64,000 nt of DNA, taken from contig CAWJWJ010000002.1 in NCBI GenBank assembly GCA_963846575.1, positions 64,001 to 128,000 on the forward strand, written 5' to 3'. Within the stretch, counting starts at the first letter, position 1. Each line of letters begins with the position of its first letter. Origin of the DNA: an uncultured Nitrospiraceae bacterium (lineage in GTDB: Bacteria > Nitrospirota > Nitrospiria > Nitrospirales > Nitrospiraceae). The position numbers and the translations under genes are program-made. Of the stretch, positions 29,922 through 39,800 are shown one piece after another. The notes below the pieces were generated by a model. The model was not told where the DNA came from. It worked only from the letters and a program-made list of their open reading frames with translations, and searched no databases.

Positions 29922-30386
29922 GCGCCTGTTGAGGCAGCCTGCGGGGGCTTCGCCACAACCAGAGGCCGTAGCGGTCTGCTTCAAAGCTGATAATAGTCGC
30001 TCCTCGTAATTCGGCGAACCCACTCGGCGATATCGATTTTGCTGACGTGCATCGAAAGAAAGCCTTGGACGCTTACCTGTCGAAGATCGAAGAGCAAGCC
30101 AATTTCGGACTCGTTCCTGCATACAACGAAACGGGTCGAGACTTTAGCTGCTCCATTAATCGTAGACCTGGGCCTCCCGGCTCTGATGACCCAGCCTCGA
30201 ATCCTATAAAACGATGATCGGCGTTCGGCGCGGCTACCGGCAGTGACGTCCTTAACACAAAACTAGACCAGCGACGGCTCGAATGATGTCCTTGTGTTGG
30301 CATCAGATCTCGCTGGAGTCGCTCCGCTCGAGGGCAGGGTATTCGGTCTCGCCGTCGTCTCAGTGAGTCAAACAAAGGCTGAAGGT

Positions 30387-31202
30387 ATGCATGTCATCTA
30401 TCAGTTCTTACTGCGCAAATGTGAGAACATGGTCTGTGAGCCGGGTGCCCGGATTCTGGATTATGGATGCGGCAATGCAGAAATAGTTATAGAAGGCCGT
30501 CGTCGGGGCCTGAAAATCTACGGCGTAGAAGCATTTTATAAGGGTAGCAACAGTAAAGCAGTGGTACAGGCAAAGTGGCTCCTGGGGGATGCAGTCAAGG
30601 AACTCGTAGAGGGTCGAATTCCTTTTCCTGATCACCATTTCGACCTGGTTCTGTCGAACCAAGTGCTTGAACACGTGTCGGATTTAAACGCAGTGCTCAG
30701 AGAGATTGACCGGGTACTTGTACCTGGGGGGGCGTTTATAAGCCTATTTCCATCAAAAGAAGTCATGAGAGAGGGTCATTGCGGAATCCCGTTTGTCCAT
30801 TGGTTCGCCAGGACGAGTCGGGTGCGATACCACTATATGTTGCTCCTTCGAAGCCTCGGTTTCGGGTATTTTACTGGCAACAAAACAAGATCCCAATGGG
30901 TGCTCGACACGCTGGATTGGTTGGACAAGTATACGGTCTACCGACCATACGGCGAGATACAGCAGATCTTTTCCAATTATTTTCCGACAGTACAGCGCAT
31001 AGAGGATGAGTACCTTGCCTATCGGCTCAGGAACAATAACTTGGCCAATCTTGCCATATTGATTAGGCATCCGATGCTCCATCATGTGGCGAGATGGCTT
31101 TATACGAAGCTTGGCGGACTCGTCTTATCGGCAAAAAGCCGGCAGGAGCCTGATTCGGCTGGTATTCCCGACAGGAACAGGCGAACCCCTTTTTCGTTAT
31201 GA
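30387..31202 (+). CDS. Class I SAM-dependent methyltransferase
   Basis: ILDYGCGNA, IPFPDHHFDLVLSNQVLEHV, RVLVPGG, EGH. Confidence 0.85.
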   Translation: MHVIYQFLLRKCENMVCEPGARILDYGCGNAEIVIEGRRRGLKIYGVEAFYKGSNSKAVVQAKWLLGDAVKELVEGRIPFPDHHFDLVLSNQVLEHVSDLNAVLREIDRVLVPGGAFISLFPSKEVMREGHCGIPFVHWFARTSRVRYHYMLLLRSLGFGYFTGNKTRSQWVLDTLDWLDKYTVYRPYGEIQQIFSNYFPTVQRIEDEYLAYRLRNNNLANLAILIRHPMLHHVARWLYTKLGGLVLSAKSRQEPDSAGIPDRNRRTPFSL

Positions 31203-32248
31203 CAACTTTCGGATCATTTGACAACTGGGGGACGAGCGCACTAATCGGAGGAGCAGTAGCTCTCGGGCTTGGCCTAGGCCTACTCACCCTATTAGCTCGA
31301 CGGTATATTGCCTTCCGCCTGTTTATGAGTGGGGACCCGGGAGATGACCGTCCGATTGGTGAGTTGCCTGACATTCAAAGAATGGTGACGGTCTGTACAG
31401 GGATATTACACGATTACGGGTTTTCGCTGGAAAGCCACCACATGGTGCTGGATTTTGGATGCGGTACCGGACGACATACCTATGAATTCCGTGACCAGGG
31501 GTTTTGCGCATTCGGCTTTGACATGAAGAATTATGTCAAACTGAGGGCTGAAGGCGACATTCGCTTCTTCATGTTTCCGGAGTCGGGTGACCCCCCGGTG
31601 ATTCCCAGCCCCGACAACAGATTTGACTTTCTCTTTTCCATGTCCGTGCTGGAGCATACATTGGATTATGACTCCGCGTTCCGAGAGATGCGCCGAGTGC
31701 TGAAACCGGGGGGCGTCGGCCTGCATGTGTTCCCCTCCCGTCTGCGCCCCATCGAGCCGCACATGTATGTGCCGTTCGGAGGTTGTTTCCAAAGTTACCC
31801 GTACTTTCTTTTCTGGGCTGCAATGGGGGTGCGAAGCGAAATCCAGGCGGGCAGATCCTGGAAGGAAGTGGCGAGGATGAACCTGGACTATGCTCGGCGG
31901 CGGGTCAATTACCTCAGCAAACGGCAGATTCTTCAGTTCGCTCATCGCCATTTCAGATCTGCGATGTTCGGGGAGGGAAGTTTTATCAAGCATACAAGGC
32001 AAGCCTCGAAAGTGTCCCGAGTAGTTTATCCGGCGATTCAGACGTTTCCTTTCTTGACGCAGCTGTACAGGACTTTCCACACCAGAGTGCTCTTCTTTCA
32101 AAAACAAGTTGCAGCCAGTGGTCTTGAATCGGAAGGTAAAGAGATCGAATCTCGCCGAGAAGCCGAGTGCGCATACTCGCCTGACACGAACGATCATGCG
32201 CCGGCCCAATCTGGCAGGAGCAATATGCGTCACGTCTTGGAAAGTTAA
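31199..32248 (+). CDS. Class I SAM-dependent methyltransferase with N-terminal TM anchor
   Basis: Hydrophobic N-terminal helix, VLDFGCGTG, FDFLFSMSVLEH, RVLKPGG, EPH; ATGA overlap with the previous gene. Confidence 0.82.
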   Translation: MTTFGSFDNWGTSALIGGAVALGLGLGLLTLLARRYIAFRLFMSGDPGDDRPIGELPDIQRMVTVCTGILHDYGFSLESHHMVLDFGCGTGRHTYEFRDQGFCAFGFDMKNYVKLRAEGDIRFFMFPESGDPPVIPSPDNRFDFLFSMSVLEHTLDYDSAFREMRRVLKPGGVGLHVFPSRLRPIEPHMYVPFGGCFQSYPYFLFWAAMGVRSEIQAGRSWKEVARMNLDYARRRVNYLSKRQILQFAHRHFRSAMFGEGSFIKHTRQASKVSRVVYPAIQTFPFLTQLYRTFHTRVLFFQKQVAASGLESEGKEIESRREAECAYSPDTNDHAPAQSGRSNMRHVLES

Positions 32249-32249
32249 C

Positions 32250-33659
32250 GTGTTCAGCTGGAAGGCTGGCGCCGTACAGTCGGTGAACCGCCAAATTCTG
32301 AATGCCACACTGATCATCGGAAGTCTGACGTTCTTCGTTCACGTCGGCACCTCGGCCAAAGAACTGCTGGTTGCATACCGCTTCGGCATCGCAGACGACC
32401 TGGACGCCTTTCTCATCGCAGTTCTGTTGCCCACCTTAGCCGTCACAGTATTGGCCGGGTCTTTCTCTTCAGCCGTCATTCCAGTGTATTTGGAGGTGGA
32501 AAAACGTAAGGGTGTGGAGGCCGCGTATGGACTTTATACGAATGTTTTGGCCGCCGCGATTGGAGTTTACCTGACGGCAACCGTGCTGCTGGCGCTGATC
32601 GCGGCTCCCGTGCTTACCCTGCTCGATTTCAGCTTCACCCCAGGCAAGTTGTTCTTGACCCGTTCGTTATTCTATATGACGTTGCCGTTACTTGTGATCA
32701 AAGGCATCGCCATACTTTGGGCGTCGATCTTGAATGCTGCCAATCGGTTCATATTGGCCGCCATCATTCCAGCGATTACGCCGGCGATAACGATCGTGGC
32801 GCTCCTTGAGGTAGGCACGTCTTGGGGAATTTATGCGTTAGCGTTTGGAACTGTCGTGGGAGCGTTGCTGGAAGCAGCTGTTCTGGCCAGTCATTTACGG
32901 CGCACAGGTATCCCGTTATGGCCGCGTTGGAATGGCTGGACGCCAGCACTGGCTCAGGTCCTGCGACAGTACCGCTCCTTGGTGGTAGGAGCGGCCTTGA
33001 TGAGCAGCACCACGTTCGTAGATCAGGCAATGGCCGCGATGCTGGGGCCGGGAAGTGTTGCTGCCTTGAGCTATGGCGGCAAGGTATTGTCGTTTATGGT
33101 GGTCGTAGGTGCAACAGCACTCGGTACGGCTGTGCTGCCGCATTTCTCAAAGATGGTGGCGGCCGGGGATTGGAGCGGACTACGTCATACCGTCCAGACA
33201 TATGTCAGACTCATCTTGTGGATCACCATTCCTGTAACTTGTGTCACCGTAGCGCTCTCCGAACCTCTCGCGCAGGTGCTCTTTCAGCGGGGCGCTTTCA
33301 CGTTTGACGACACGCAAACAGTGAGCAGAGTACAGGCCCTGCTACTGTTACAGTTGCCGTTCTATGTCATCGGAATTCTCATCGTCCGGCTGATATCCTC
33401 TTTGAAGGCGAACTCCATTCTGATGTGGGGTTGCGTGATGAATTTCGTCCTCAATGTAGTGTTGAATTATGTCTTGATGCAGTGGCTCCAGGTAGCCGGT
33501 ATCGCCCTGTCCACGGCCATTGTAATCATGGTGTCCTCAGGGTACCTAGGCCTCATGCTAATGCGCCTACTCAAAGCCCGTGAGACCGCACAGGTCGACG
33601 TGACGGAATCCCGCGACTTCATGAGTCAGCCGGTCACACATCATCAGCATTCCGGATAA
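32250..33659 (+). CDS. MurJ/MviN-like MOP-family flippase
   Basis: KELLVAYRFG..DDLDAF, VDQAMAAMLGPGSVAALSYG, LFQRGAFT, GIALSTA; start GTG 32250 directly after the upstream stop. Confidence 0.82.
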   Translation: MFSWKAGAVQSVNRQILNATLIIGSLTFFVHVGTSAKELLVAYRFGIADDLDAFLIAVLLPTLAVTVLAGSFSSAVIPVYLEVEKRKGVEAAYGLYTNVLAAAIGVYLTATVLLALIAAPVLTLLDFSFTPGKLFLTRSLFYMTLPLLVIKGIAILWASILNAANRFILAAIIPAITPAITIVALLEVGTSWGIYALAFGTVVGALLEAAVLASHLRRTGIPLWPRWNGWTPALAQVLRQYRSLVVGAALMSSTTFVDQAMAAMLGPGSVAALSYGGKVLSFMVVVGATALGTAVLPHFSKMVAAGDWSGLRHTVQTYVRLILWITIPVTCVTVALSEPLAQVLFQRGAFTFDDTQTVSRVQALLLLQLPFYVIGILIVRLISSLKANSILMWGCVMNFVLNVVLNYVLMQWLQVAGIALSTAIVIMVSSGYLGLMLMRLLKARETAQVDVTESRDFMSQPVTHHQHSG

Positions 33660-33755
33660 AGAACGTATCGCTGGCGTGCCGGATCCCCGTAGCTATGCGT
33701 CAACCGAGGCGCTGCCCTGAAAATCCAAGTATCTGTGGAGGAGTTGCCTGCTTCC

Positions 33756-34883
33756 ATGAGGATCATGTTCCTGATTCGTTCGCTGGATTGGTATGGCGGG
33801 GCTCAGCGGCAGCTTGTCAACTTAGCACGTGGCCTCTCACGGACGCGCCACGACGTGGTCGTGGTGACCTATTATCCGGACGTCCTGCTCGAACGCGAAC
33901 TGAAAGAGGCCGGGGTAGAGGTGCGCAGTCTGGAGAAACGGAGTCGCTGGGACCTCCTGCGGCCGATCGTGACCTTTGTGCGTCTGGTGCGGGAGTGTGA
34001 GCCGACTGTGCTGCATGGCTATCTCAGCACGGCCAACATTCTGGCGGTATTGGTCAAGGCATACAACCCGCGGCTTAAGGTGGTCTGGGGTTTGCGCGCC
34101 TCAAATATGCACTGGGAAGAGTATGACTGGCTCCATAAATTGTCCTTTGTCAGTGAACGAATTCTGTCACGATTTGCCGACCTGCTCATCGTCAATTCCT
34201 ATGCCGGTCGGAGCCACTATGGGTCCTCCGGTTTTCCCCTCGACAAGATGATCGTCATTCACAATGGGATCGACACCAACCGCTTTCGGCCCGACAAGGA
34301 GGCCGGCAGGGCGATGCGAAACCGGTGGGGCATAAGTGAAAACGAACGGGTGGTGTGTCTGGTGGGGCGTTTAGATCCCATGAAAGACCATGCCACGTTC
34401 TTCAGGGCCGCCGCTTTATTATCGCAACATCGCTCCGATGTCCGGTTCATTTGCGTGGGCAAGGGTACAAGAGATTACGAGAACGAGCTTCGCGCTCGCG
34501 CCGAGCGAGAGGGTGTCTCGGATCTCATCATGTGGGCGGGGTGTTTCTATGACATGAGACCGGTGTATAACGCGTGCGATGTCGTCGTTTCGTCGTCGAT
34601 GTGGGGAGAGGGATTCTCCAATGTGCTTGCCGAGGCGATCGCCTGTGGCATTCCCTGCGTCGCCACGGATGTCGGCGATAACGCGTTGCTCTTCTCCGAG
34701 ACGGTAGGTAGGCTGGTACCGCCCATGGATCCCGCTTCATTGGCCGAGGCCATCCAGGCTGTGCTCAATTCGGATCGAGCGCATCAACCAGGGACTCTGC
34801 ATGAGCAGCTGGTTCGGTCCTTTGGCTGTGAGCAGCTGGTTCGGGCGACGGAGGAGCATTTGGCTCGACTAGCATGTCGCTGA
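33756..34883 (+). CDS. Glycosyltransferase family 4 (GT-B)
   Basis: GGAQRQL, HNGIDT, GRLDPMKDH, EGFSNVLAEAIACGIPCVATDVGD. Confidence 0.9.
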   Translation: MRIMFLIRSLDWYGGAQRQLVNLARGLSRTRHDVVVVTYYPDVLLERELKEAGVEVRSLEKRSRWDLLRPIVTFVRLVRECEPTVLHGYLSTANILAVLVKAYNPRLKVVWGLRASNMHWEEYDWLHKLSFVSERILSRFADLLIVNSYAGRSHYGSSGFPLDKMIVIHNGIDTNRFRPDKEAGRAMRNRWGISENERVVCLVGRLDPMKDHATFFRAAALLSQHRSDVRFICVGKGTRDYENELRARAEREGVSDLIMWAGCFYDMRPVYNACDVVVSSSMWGEGFSNVLAEAIACGIPCVATDVGDNALLFSETVGRLVPPMDPASLAEAIQAVLNSDRAHQPGTLHEQLVRSFGCEQLVRATEEHLARLACR

Positions 34884-36127
34884 TGCATGGAACCTTCATC
34901 CTTGTGGCGGTTGCGGGCTGTGCGTATTTTCTCTTCTGTCTGCGACAGTTCGACTTTTTCTCCGTAGCGTTCTTCTCCGCCTGCGCGTACTTTTTACCGG
35001 GGTTCTTTGGTTATACGATCGCTCCCGTCAGCGTGGGCGTGGCGGCGCCAGTCGATCTAGAAGACCAGACTTACTTGGTCATGATCGCCGTGTTGATCGC
35101 CATTGGGGCGGGGGCGCTTCTGTCGGATCATGCAGGCCGAAGCCATGTCACCGGTCGGAGCCTTCGGGGATCCGCCGTGGCAGCCGTGTGCGCCACCTTG
35201 CTTGCCGTGATTGGGTATGTCTTGATCTGGGCCACGGTTGGCGAGGCACTGTTTAATGACGATAAGCTCGCTATGATGGAGAGTCTCAACCGCTGGCATG
35301 TACTCGGCGCCACGGCCGCTCCGCTTGGGGCCGTGCTAGCGTATGCGAGCAGGCGGTGGTTGTTATTGACTGTCTGCATGGCCTTGCTCTTGTTCGATAT
35401 GTACATCGGTTTTCGTGTGTCCTTCGCGATCGCTCTTATCGCCATCTTCACCTTACATCTGTCCCGTCACGGGCAGCAAAGACTCCTCATACGGAACTGG
35501 CGGATCGGGTGTGTGGGGATGGGATTTGTGTTCCTGCTTTTTGTGTACAAACAAATCTATGTGGCCGTCAAACTAGGATTATGGGACGTTATTTTCGAAC
35601 GACTGACGGACACGGATCTCTACGCTTCCGCGATCTTGATGTCGGAGCCATTTAATACTCAGGCGATCTTGAATGAAGTGATCGCGCAGGACTTTCGTGT
35701 GGGCATGGAGCACTTCCAGGATGTATTGCTTCAGTTTCTGCTGTTCTCCCCGGAACTCGGCCGCACGCCGCTCTCGTTTAATGATTTTTTTCAATCCACA
35801 TTCTTTGCCAGCGATCTCGAATACGGCATGGCAAATAACATATGGGCCGAGATGGTCAGCAGCGGAGGGTGGTTCCTTTTGGGTCTTTTCCTGGTGGTTT
35901 TTGTGTCCATGTTGATGGTGGGATCCTATTGGATACGATCCCAGGATGCGACTCTCGCGGCCGGAACGGCGGTGGTGTTTAGTTACTGGGCATTCTACAT
36001 TCATAGGAATGATCTCCTGTATCAAGTTAACCTCGAAAAGAGGACCATTCTTGTGTGGATTGCATGCCTGGTGCTGTCGCGCTTCCTTGCACATGGCACA
36101 TGTCCGCCCGTGAGAATCTCATCGTAG
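34874..36127 (+). CDS. Putative Wzy-type polysaccharide polymerase (polytopic membrane protein)
   Basis: About 10-11 hydrophobic segments with a large late periplasmic loop, located between GT genes; no diagnostic motif. Confidence 0.55.
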   Translation: MSLMHGTFILVAVAGCAYFLFCLRQFDFFSVAFFSACAYFLPGFFGYTIAPVSVGVAAPVDLEDQTYLVMIAVLIAIGAGALLSDHAGRSHVTGRSLRGSAVAAVCATLLAVIGYVLIWATVGEALFNDDKLAMMESLNRWHVLGATAAPLGAVLAYASRRWLLLTVCMALLLFDMYIGFRVSFAIALIAIFTLHLSRHGQQRLLIRNWRIGCVGMGFVFLLFVYKQIYVAVKLGLWDVIFERLTDTDLYASAILMSEPFNTQAILNEVIAQDFRVGMEHFQDVLLQFLLFSPELGRTPLSFNDFFQSTFFASDLEYGMANNIWAEMVSSGGWFLLGLFLVVFVSMLMVGSYWIRSQDATLAAGTAVVFSYWAFYIHRNDLLYQVNLEKRTILVWIACLVLSRFLAHGTCPPVRISS

Positions 36128-36146
36128 GGCTTCAGGGAAGGGCAGC

Positions 36147-37181
36147 GTGGCATCCGAAATCAGAAAGATTATGCACTTGATCACCACCTCCGAAATTGGC
36201 GGTGCGGAAATCCAACTGGAGCGGCTACTTGCCCATATGGATCACCCATCGTTGCGACACTGCGTCGTATCCATGGCCAGACCCGGAGTAATAGCTGAGA
36301 AAATCCGGTCCCGTGGAATCCAAGTGTACAGTCTTAACATTAATCGTGGAGCGTTGAGTGTTTCTAGTGTATCGGGGCTACTGAAGCTCGTTGGTTTGGT
36401 TCGCAGCGAAAGGCCAGCGATTATTCAATCATGGATGTATCACGCGAGCCTACTAGGTGTCTTGGTGGGGAAGCTCATGGGCATCTCTTTGGTGTTTTGG
36501 AATATACGCTGCGCAGAAATGGATATGGCACACTATCCCAAACTTACCAAATTAGTGATACAAACGCTGCGTCATATGTCTCGACTTCCACAGCTCGTTA
36601 TTGTGAATTCAGAAGCAGGGCGCCTGGCGCATATACGAAAAGGTTTTTCTCCGGAGATATTCCAGGTCATTCCAAATGGGTTCGAGCTTGACCGCTTTCG
36701 TCCGGATGATTCTGCTCGAGAATGGTTTCTTCAGGAGTTCGGCGTGGCACGAGATGCTGTCATCGTAGGTCTTGTCGCTCGCTATGATCCTATGAAGGAC
36801 CACAAGATGTTCCTTGCTGCAATCAGTCAGGTTCATGCTGTGCACCCAATGGCAGTTTTTGTACTGTGTGGGAAGGATGTGGATGAGGGCAATTCCGTTC
36901 TGAGTAACCTCATTCAGTCCAGCGTCCGCCGGGGGCGGCGGGGTGGGGTTCCATGCGTCGTCACGGATGTTGGGGATTCAGGTTTGATTGTCGGATCTAC
37001 AGGAAGAGTCGTTCCTGCTGGGGAGGCTGATGTCTTTGCGCAGGCATTAAGCGAGTTAATAGCCTGTGGTCGCATGGCCAGAAAGCACCTAGGCGAGCAA
37101 GCCAGAACTCGGATTGCAGAACTATTCGACATAAATCGTGTTGCAGATCGGTATAGGGAAATTTATCTCGCATGTCACTGA
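36147..37181 (+). CDS. Glycosyltransferase family 4 with an in-frame deletion of the donor-binding EX7E region (possible pseudogene)
   Basis: GGAEIQL, IPNGFE, ARYDPMKDH, GVPCVVTDVGD present; ~38 aa including EGF.N...EA missing relative to the paralogue at 33756. Confidence 0.75.
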   Translation: MASEIRKIMHLITTSEIGGAEIQLERLLAHMDHPSLRHCVVSMARPGVIAEKIRSRGIQVYSLNINRGALSVSSVSGLLKLVGLVRSERPAIIQSWMYHASLLGVLVGKLMGISLVFWNIRCAEMDMAHYPKLTKLVIQTLRHMSRLPQLVIVNSEAGRLAHIRKGFSPEIFQVIPNGFELDRFRPDDSAREWFLQEFGVARDAVIVGLVARYDPMKDHKMFLAAISQVHAVHPMAVFVLCGKDVDEGNSVLSNLIQSSVRRGRRGGVPCVVTDVGDSGLIVGSTGRVVPAGEADVFAQALSELIACGRMARKHLGEQARTRIAELFDINRVADRYREIYLACH

Positions 37182-37306
37182 CCAAGCTTTGTCCGAAAAT
37201 GCGATGTAAGTACCAGCGATTGTTTATGCGTCACATAACCTGAACGCATTTCGGTTGCACTCGATCGCCAATACATTGGTTGTGTGTCACATGGGGGGGA
37301 GGGCGC

Positions 37307-38401
37307 ATGCGCATTTTGATTACCGGAGGCGCAGGGTTCATCGGATCGCATCTTGCGGAACGCTACCTGAACCGCGGGGAAGAGGTATTCATAATTGATG
37401 ATCTGTCGACCGGGTCTCTCGAAAATCTTCTTCATCTTCAGGGCAATCCCGAGATTGCGAAGCGTCTCTTTATTACCATTGATACTGTGTTGAATACAGA
37501 CGCCCTAGCCGAGTTGATCGGAATATGCGATTTGGTGGTGCATCTTGCTGCGGCAGTTGGAGTGCAGTATGTGCTGGACAATCCCCTTTCCTCAATCCTG
37601 ACGAACGTTCAGGGAACCGAGAAAGTGCTCGAACTCTGTGCCAAGTTCCGCAAGAAAGTTCTCATTGCATCCACATCGGAAGTTTATGGGAAGCATACAC
37701 ATGCACCGCTGATCGAGAGCGATGACTGTGTCTATGGTCCCTCCTCGAAGTCGCGATGGAGCTATGCTGCTTCCAAATTGATCGATGAGTTTACGGCCCT
37801 GGCCTATCATAGGAGCCGTCATCTGCCGGTCTGTATTGTTCGATTCTTCAATACTGTGGGTCCGCGCCAAACCGGGCGGTATGGGATGGTAATCCCCCGA
37901 TTTGTGGAGCAGGCTCTTAACAATCGCTCCATCACCGTCTATGGAACGGGAAGGCAAACCAGGACTTTCACTCACGTGCGCGACTCCTGCGAGGCGGTAA
38001 TGCGTCTGCTGGATTCCCCTGATGCGGTGGGGGAAGTTGTCAACGTGGGGGGAACTGAAGAAATATCTATGCTCGAACTAGCGCATCGCATTAGAAAAAA
38101 AGTGGGCTGCAATGCACAACCTCAACTTGTCCCTTATGATCAGGTCTTCCCCCATTATTTTGAGGATATGCACCGGCGCGTGCCGTCAACTGCTAAGTTG
38201 CGGGCGCTCACAGACTTTTCCCCATGTACCGGACTAGACGAGATTTTAGAGGATGTTATAAGTCATTACCGTGCAAGTAATCACGCTACGCCGTGCCTTA
38301 TTGCAAGAGCAGATTCCAAACATGCCACAACCGCTCCGTTTGGCGACGAGATTGAAACCACCTATTTAACGCGACCTCTGAACAGTGAGCAAATGCTCTG
38401 A
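37307..38401 (+). CDS. NAD-dependent epimerase/dehydratase (extended SDR)
   Basis: TGGAGFIGSHL, HLAAAVGV, STSEVYGK, YAASK (YxxxK), RFFNTVGPRQ. Confidence 0.92.
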   Translation: MRILITGGAGFIGSHLAERYLNRGEEVFIIDDLSTGSLENLLHLQGNPEIAKRLFITIDTVLNTDALAELIGICDLVVHLAAAVGVQYVLDNPLSSILTNVQGTEKVLELCAKFRKKVLIASTSEVYGKHTHAPLIESDDCVYGPSSKSRWSYAASKLIDEFTALAYHRSRHLPVCIVRFFNTVGPRQTGRYGMVIPRFVEQALNNRSITVYGTGRQTRTFTHVRDSCEAVMRLLDSPDAVGEVVNVGGTEEISMLELAHRIRKKVGCNAQPQLVPYDQVFPHYFEDMHRRVPSTAKLRALTDFSPCTGLDEILEDVISHYRASNHATPCLIARADSKHATTAPFGDEIETTYLTRPLNSEQML

Positions 38402-38570
38402 TGTTTCAGGAATAACAGGGGCCTAATTTAATTGTTCCTGGAGTAAGGCCTGATCTGACCGGAAACTGCCTAAGCCCCATAAGAGTCTGGTTACCGCACC
38501 GGGTTGCGGCCGGATGATAAACCGCACATTTTAGCTTGGCGGCGTGGGGAGGGTGAGGCGTTGTCTCGTC

Positions 38571-39800
38571 ATGACTAATCGCATTTCGCAGAAGAGACCG
38601 ATCCGAGTAATCCGCATTATAGATCGCCTTAATATTGGTGGACCCTCGAAACATGTGGTGTGGCTAACGGCCGCGCTTAATCATGACGATTTTGAGACAA
38701 TACTTGTCACCGGACAGGTTACACCTGACGAAGGGGACATGCGCTACTTTGCTGATGCGGCGGGTGTCACGCCGGTAGTGATTCCTCAACTTAGCCGTAC
38801 AGTAACTTTCAGTGATTTCCTCGTAATTTTTCAGCTTGTCCGCCTTTTCATTCAACTGCGTCCGCACATAATTCACACCCATAAAGCCAAAGCTGGTGCC
38901 ACAGGCCGGATTGCGGCATGGATCTATCGATGGATGACACCTTCATGTATATGGTTACAACCTCGCTCTTGCCATGTTGTTCACACATTTCATGGCCATA
39001 TCTTCCATGCGTATTTCTCAGCAGCCAGGACGCGGTTCGTTTTGATGCTGGAGCGAATCTTGTCCTATGTCGCTACGGATAAGATCATCGCTCTAAGCTG
39101 GAGACAATACGATGAATTGGTTTTCCGGTATCGGATCGGATTGCCGTCGCAGTTTCGCGTCATTCCTTTAGGGCTAGACCTAAAGGAGGTTCCCGGAGGA
39201 GGACTTCGCGGAGAGTTCGGAATCCAATCAGAGGTGCCCTTGATCGGATTTGTTGGGCGCCTGTGTGAAATTAAGAATCTGGGCATGCTTATAGAGGCAG
39301 TCCACCGCCTTATTAACAGCGGAGTTCATGCCAAATTCATACTTATTGGGGACGGTCCATTAGGCCGAAAGCTTAAAGCTCAAGTTGAACAGCTTGGCCT
39401 AGCCGAATACGTATTCTTCACTGGCTTTAGAAAGAACACAGCGTCACTTTACATGGACCTCGATGTTGTCGTCCTAAGCTCCCTTAATGAAGGAACGCCC
39501 CTAACATTAATTGAAGCGATGGCCGCGAGTCGGGCAGTTGCGTCCACCGAAGTCGGCGGTGTGCTGGATCTGATGGGACAACGTCATTTAGCTTCTGAGC
39601 ACTTCACGATTTGGGACCATGGTGTAACGGTTCGCAGTGGCGATTCGGAAGGGCTTGCACAAGGACTTATGTATTTAATTAATGGCAAGGGAGAACGGCA
39701 AGCCATGGGCGAGCGCGGTCGGATTTTTGTGCAAGAAAATTATTCAGTCAGTCGTCTGGTGAAGGATCTTGAGACGCTATATTTGGAGTTGAAGTCATGA
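38571..39800 (+). CDS. Glycosyltransferase family 4
   Basis: RLNIGGP, HTHKAKAG, HTFHGH, VGRLCEIKN, NEGTPLTLIEAMAA. Confidence 0.9.
   Translation: MTNRISQKRPIRVIRIIDRLNIGGPSKHVVWLTAALNHDDFETILVTGQVTPDEGDMRYFADAAGVTPVVIPQLSRTVTFSDFLVIFQLVRLFIQLRPHIIHTHKAKAGATGRIAAWIYRWMTPSCIWLQPRSCHVVHTFHGHIFHAYFSAARTRFVLMLERILSYVATDKIIALSWRQYDELVFRYRIGLPSQFRVIPLGLDLKEVPGGGLRGEFGIQSEVPLIGFVGRLCEIKNLGMLIEAVHRLINSGVHAKFILIGDGPLGRKLKAQVEQLGLAEYVFFTGFRKNTASLYMDLDVVVLSSLNEGTPLTLIEAMAASRAVASTEVGGVLDLMGQRHLASEHFTIWDHGVTVRSGDSEGLAQGLMYLINGKGERQAMGERGRIFVQENYSVSRLVKDLETLYLELKS

Noticed and set aside
29922..30386. Possible gene remnant between asnB and the first methyltransferase (a + frame reads DIDFADVHRKKALDAYLSKIEEQ...)
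   Set aside because: No start or RBS and no family motif I can recognise; cannot be supported without a search.
31406..32317. 303 aa minus-strand ORF
   Set aside because: Antisense to a methyltransferase with clear motifs.
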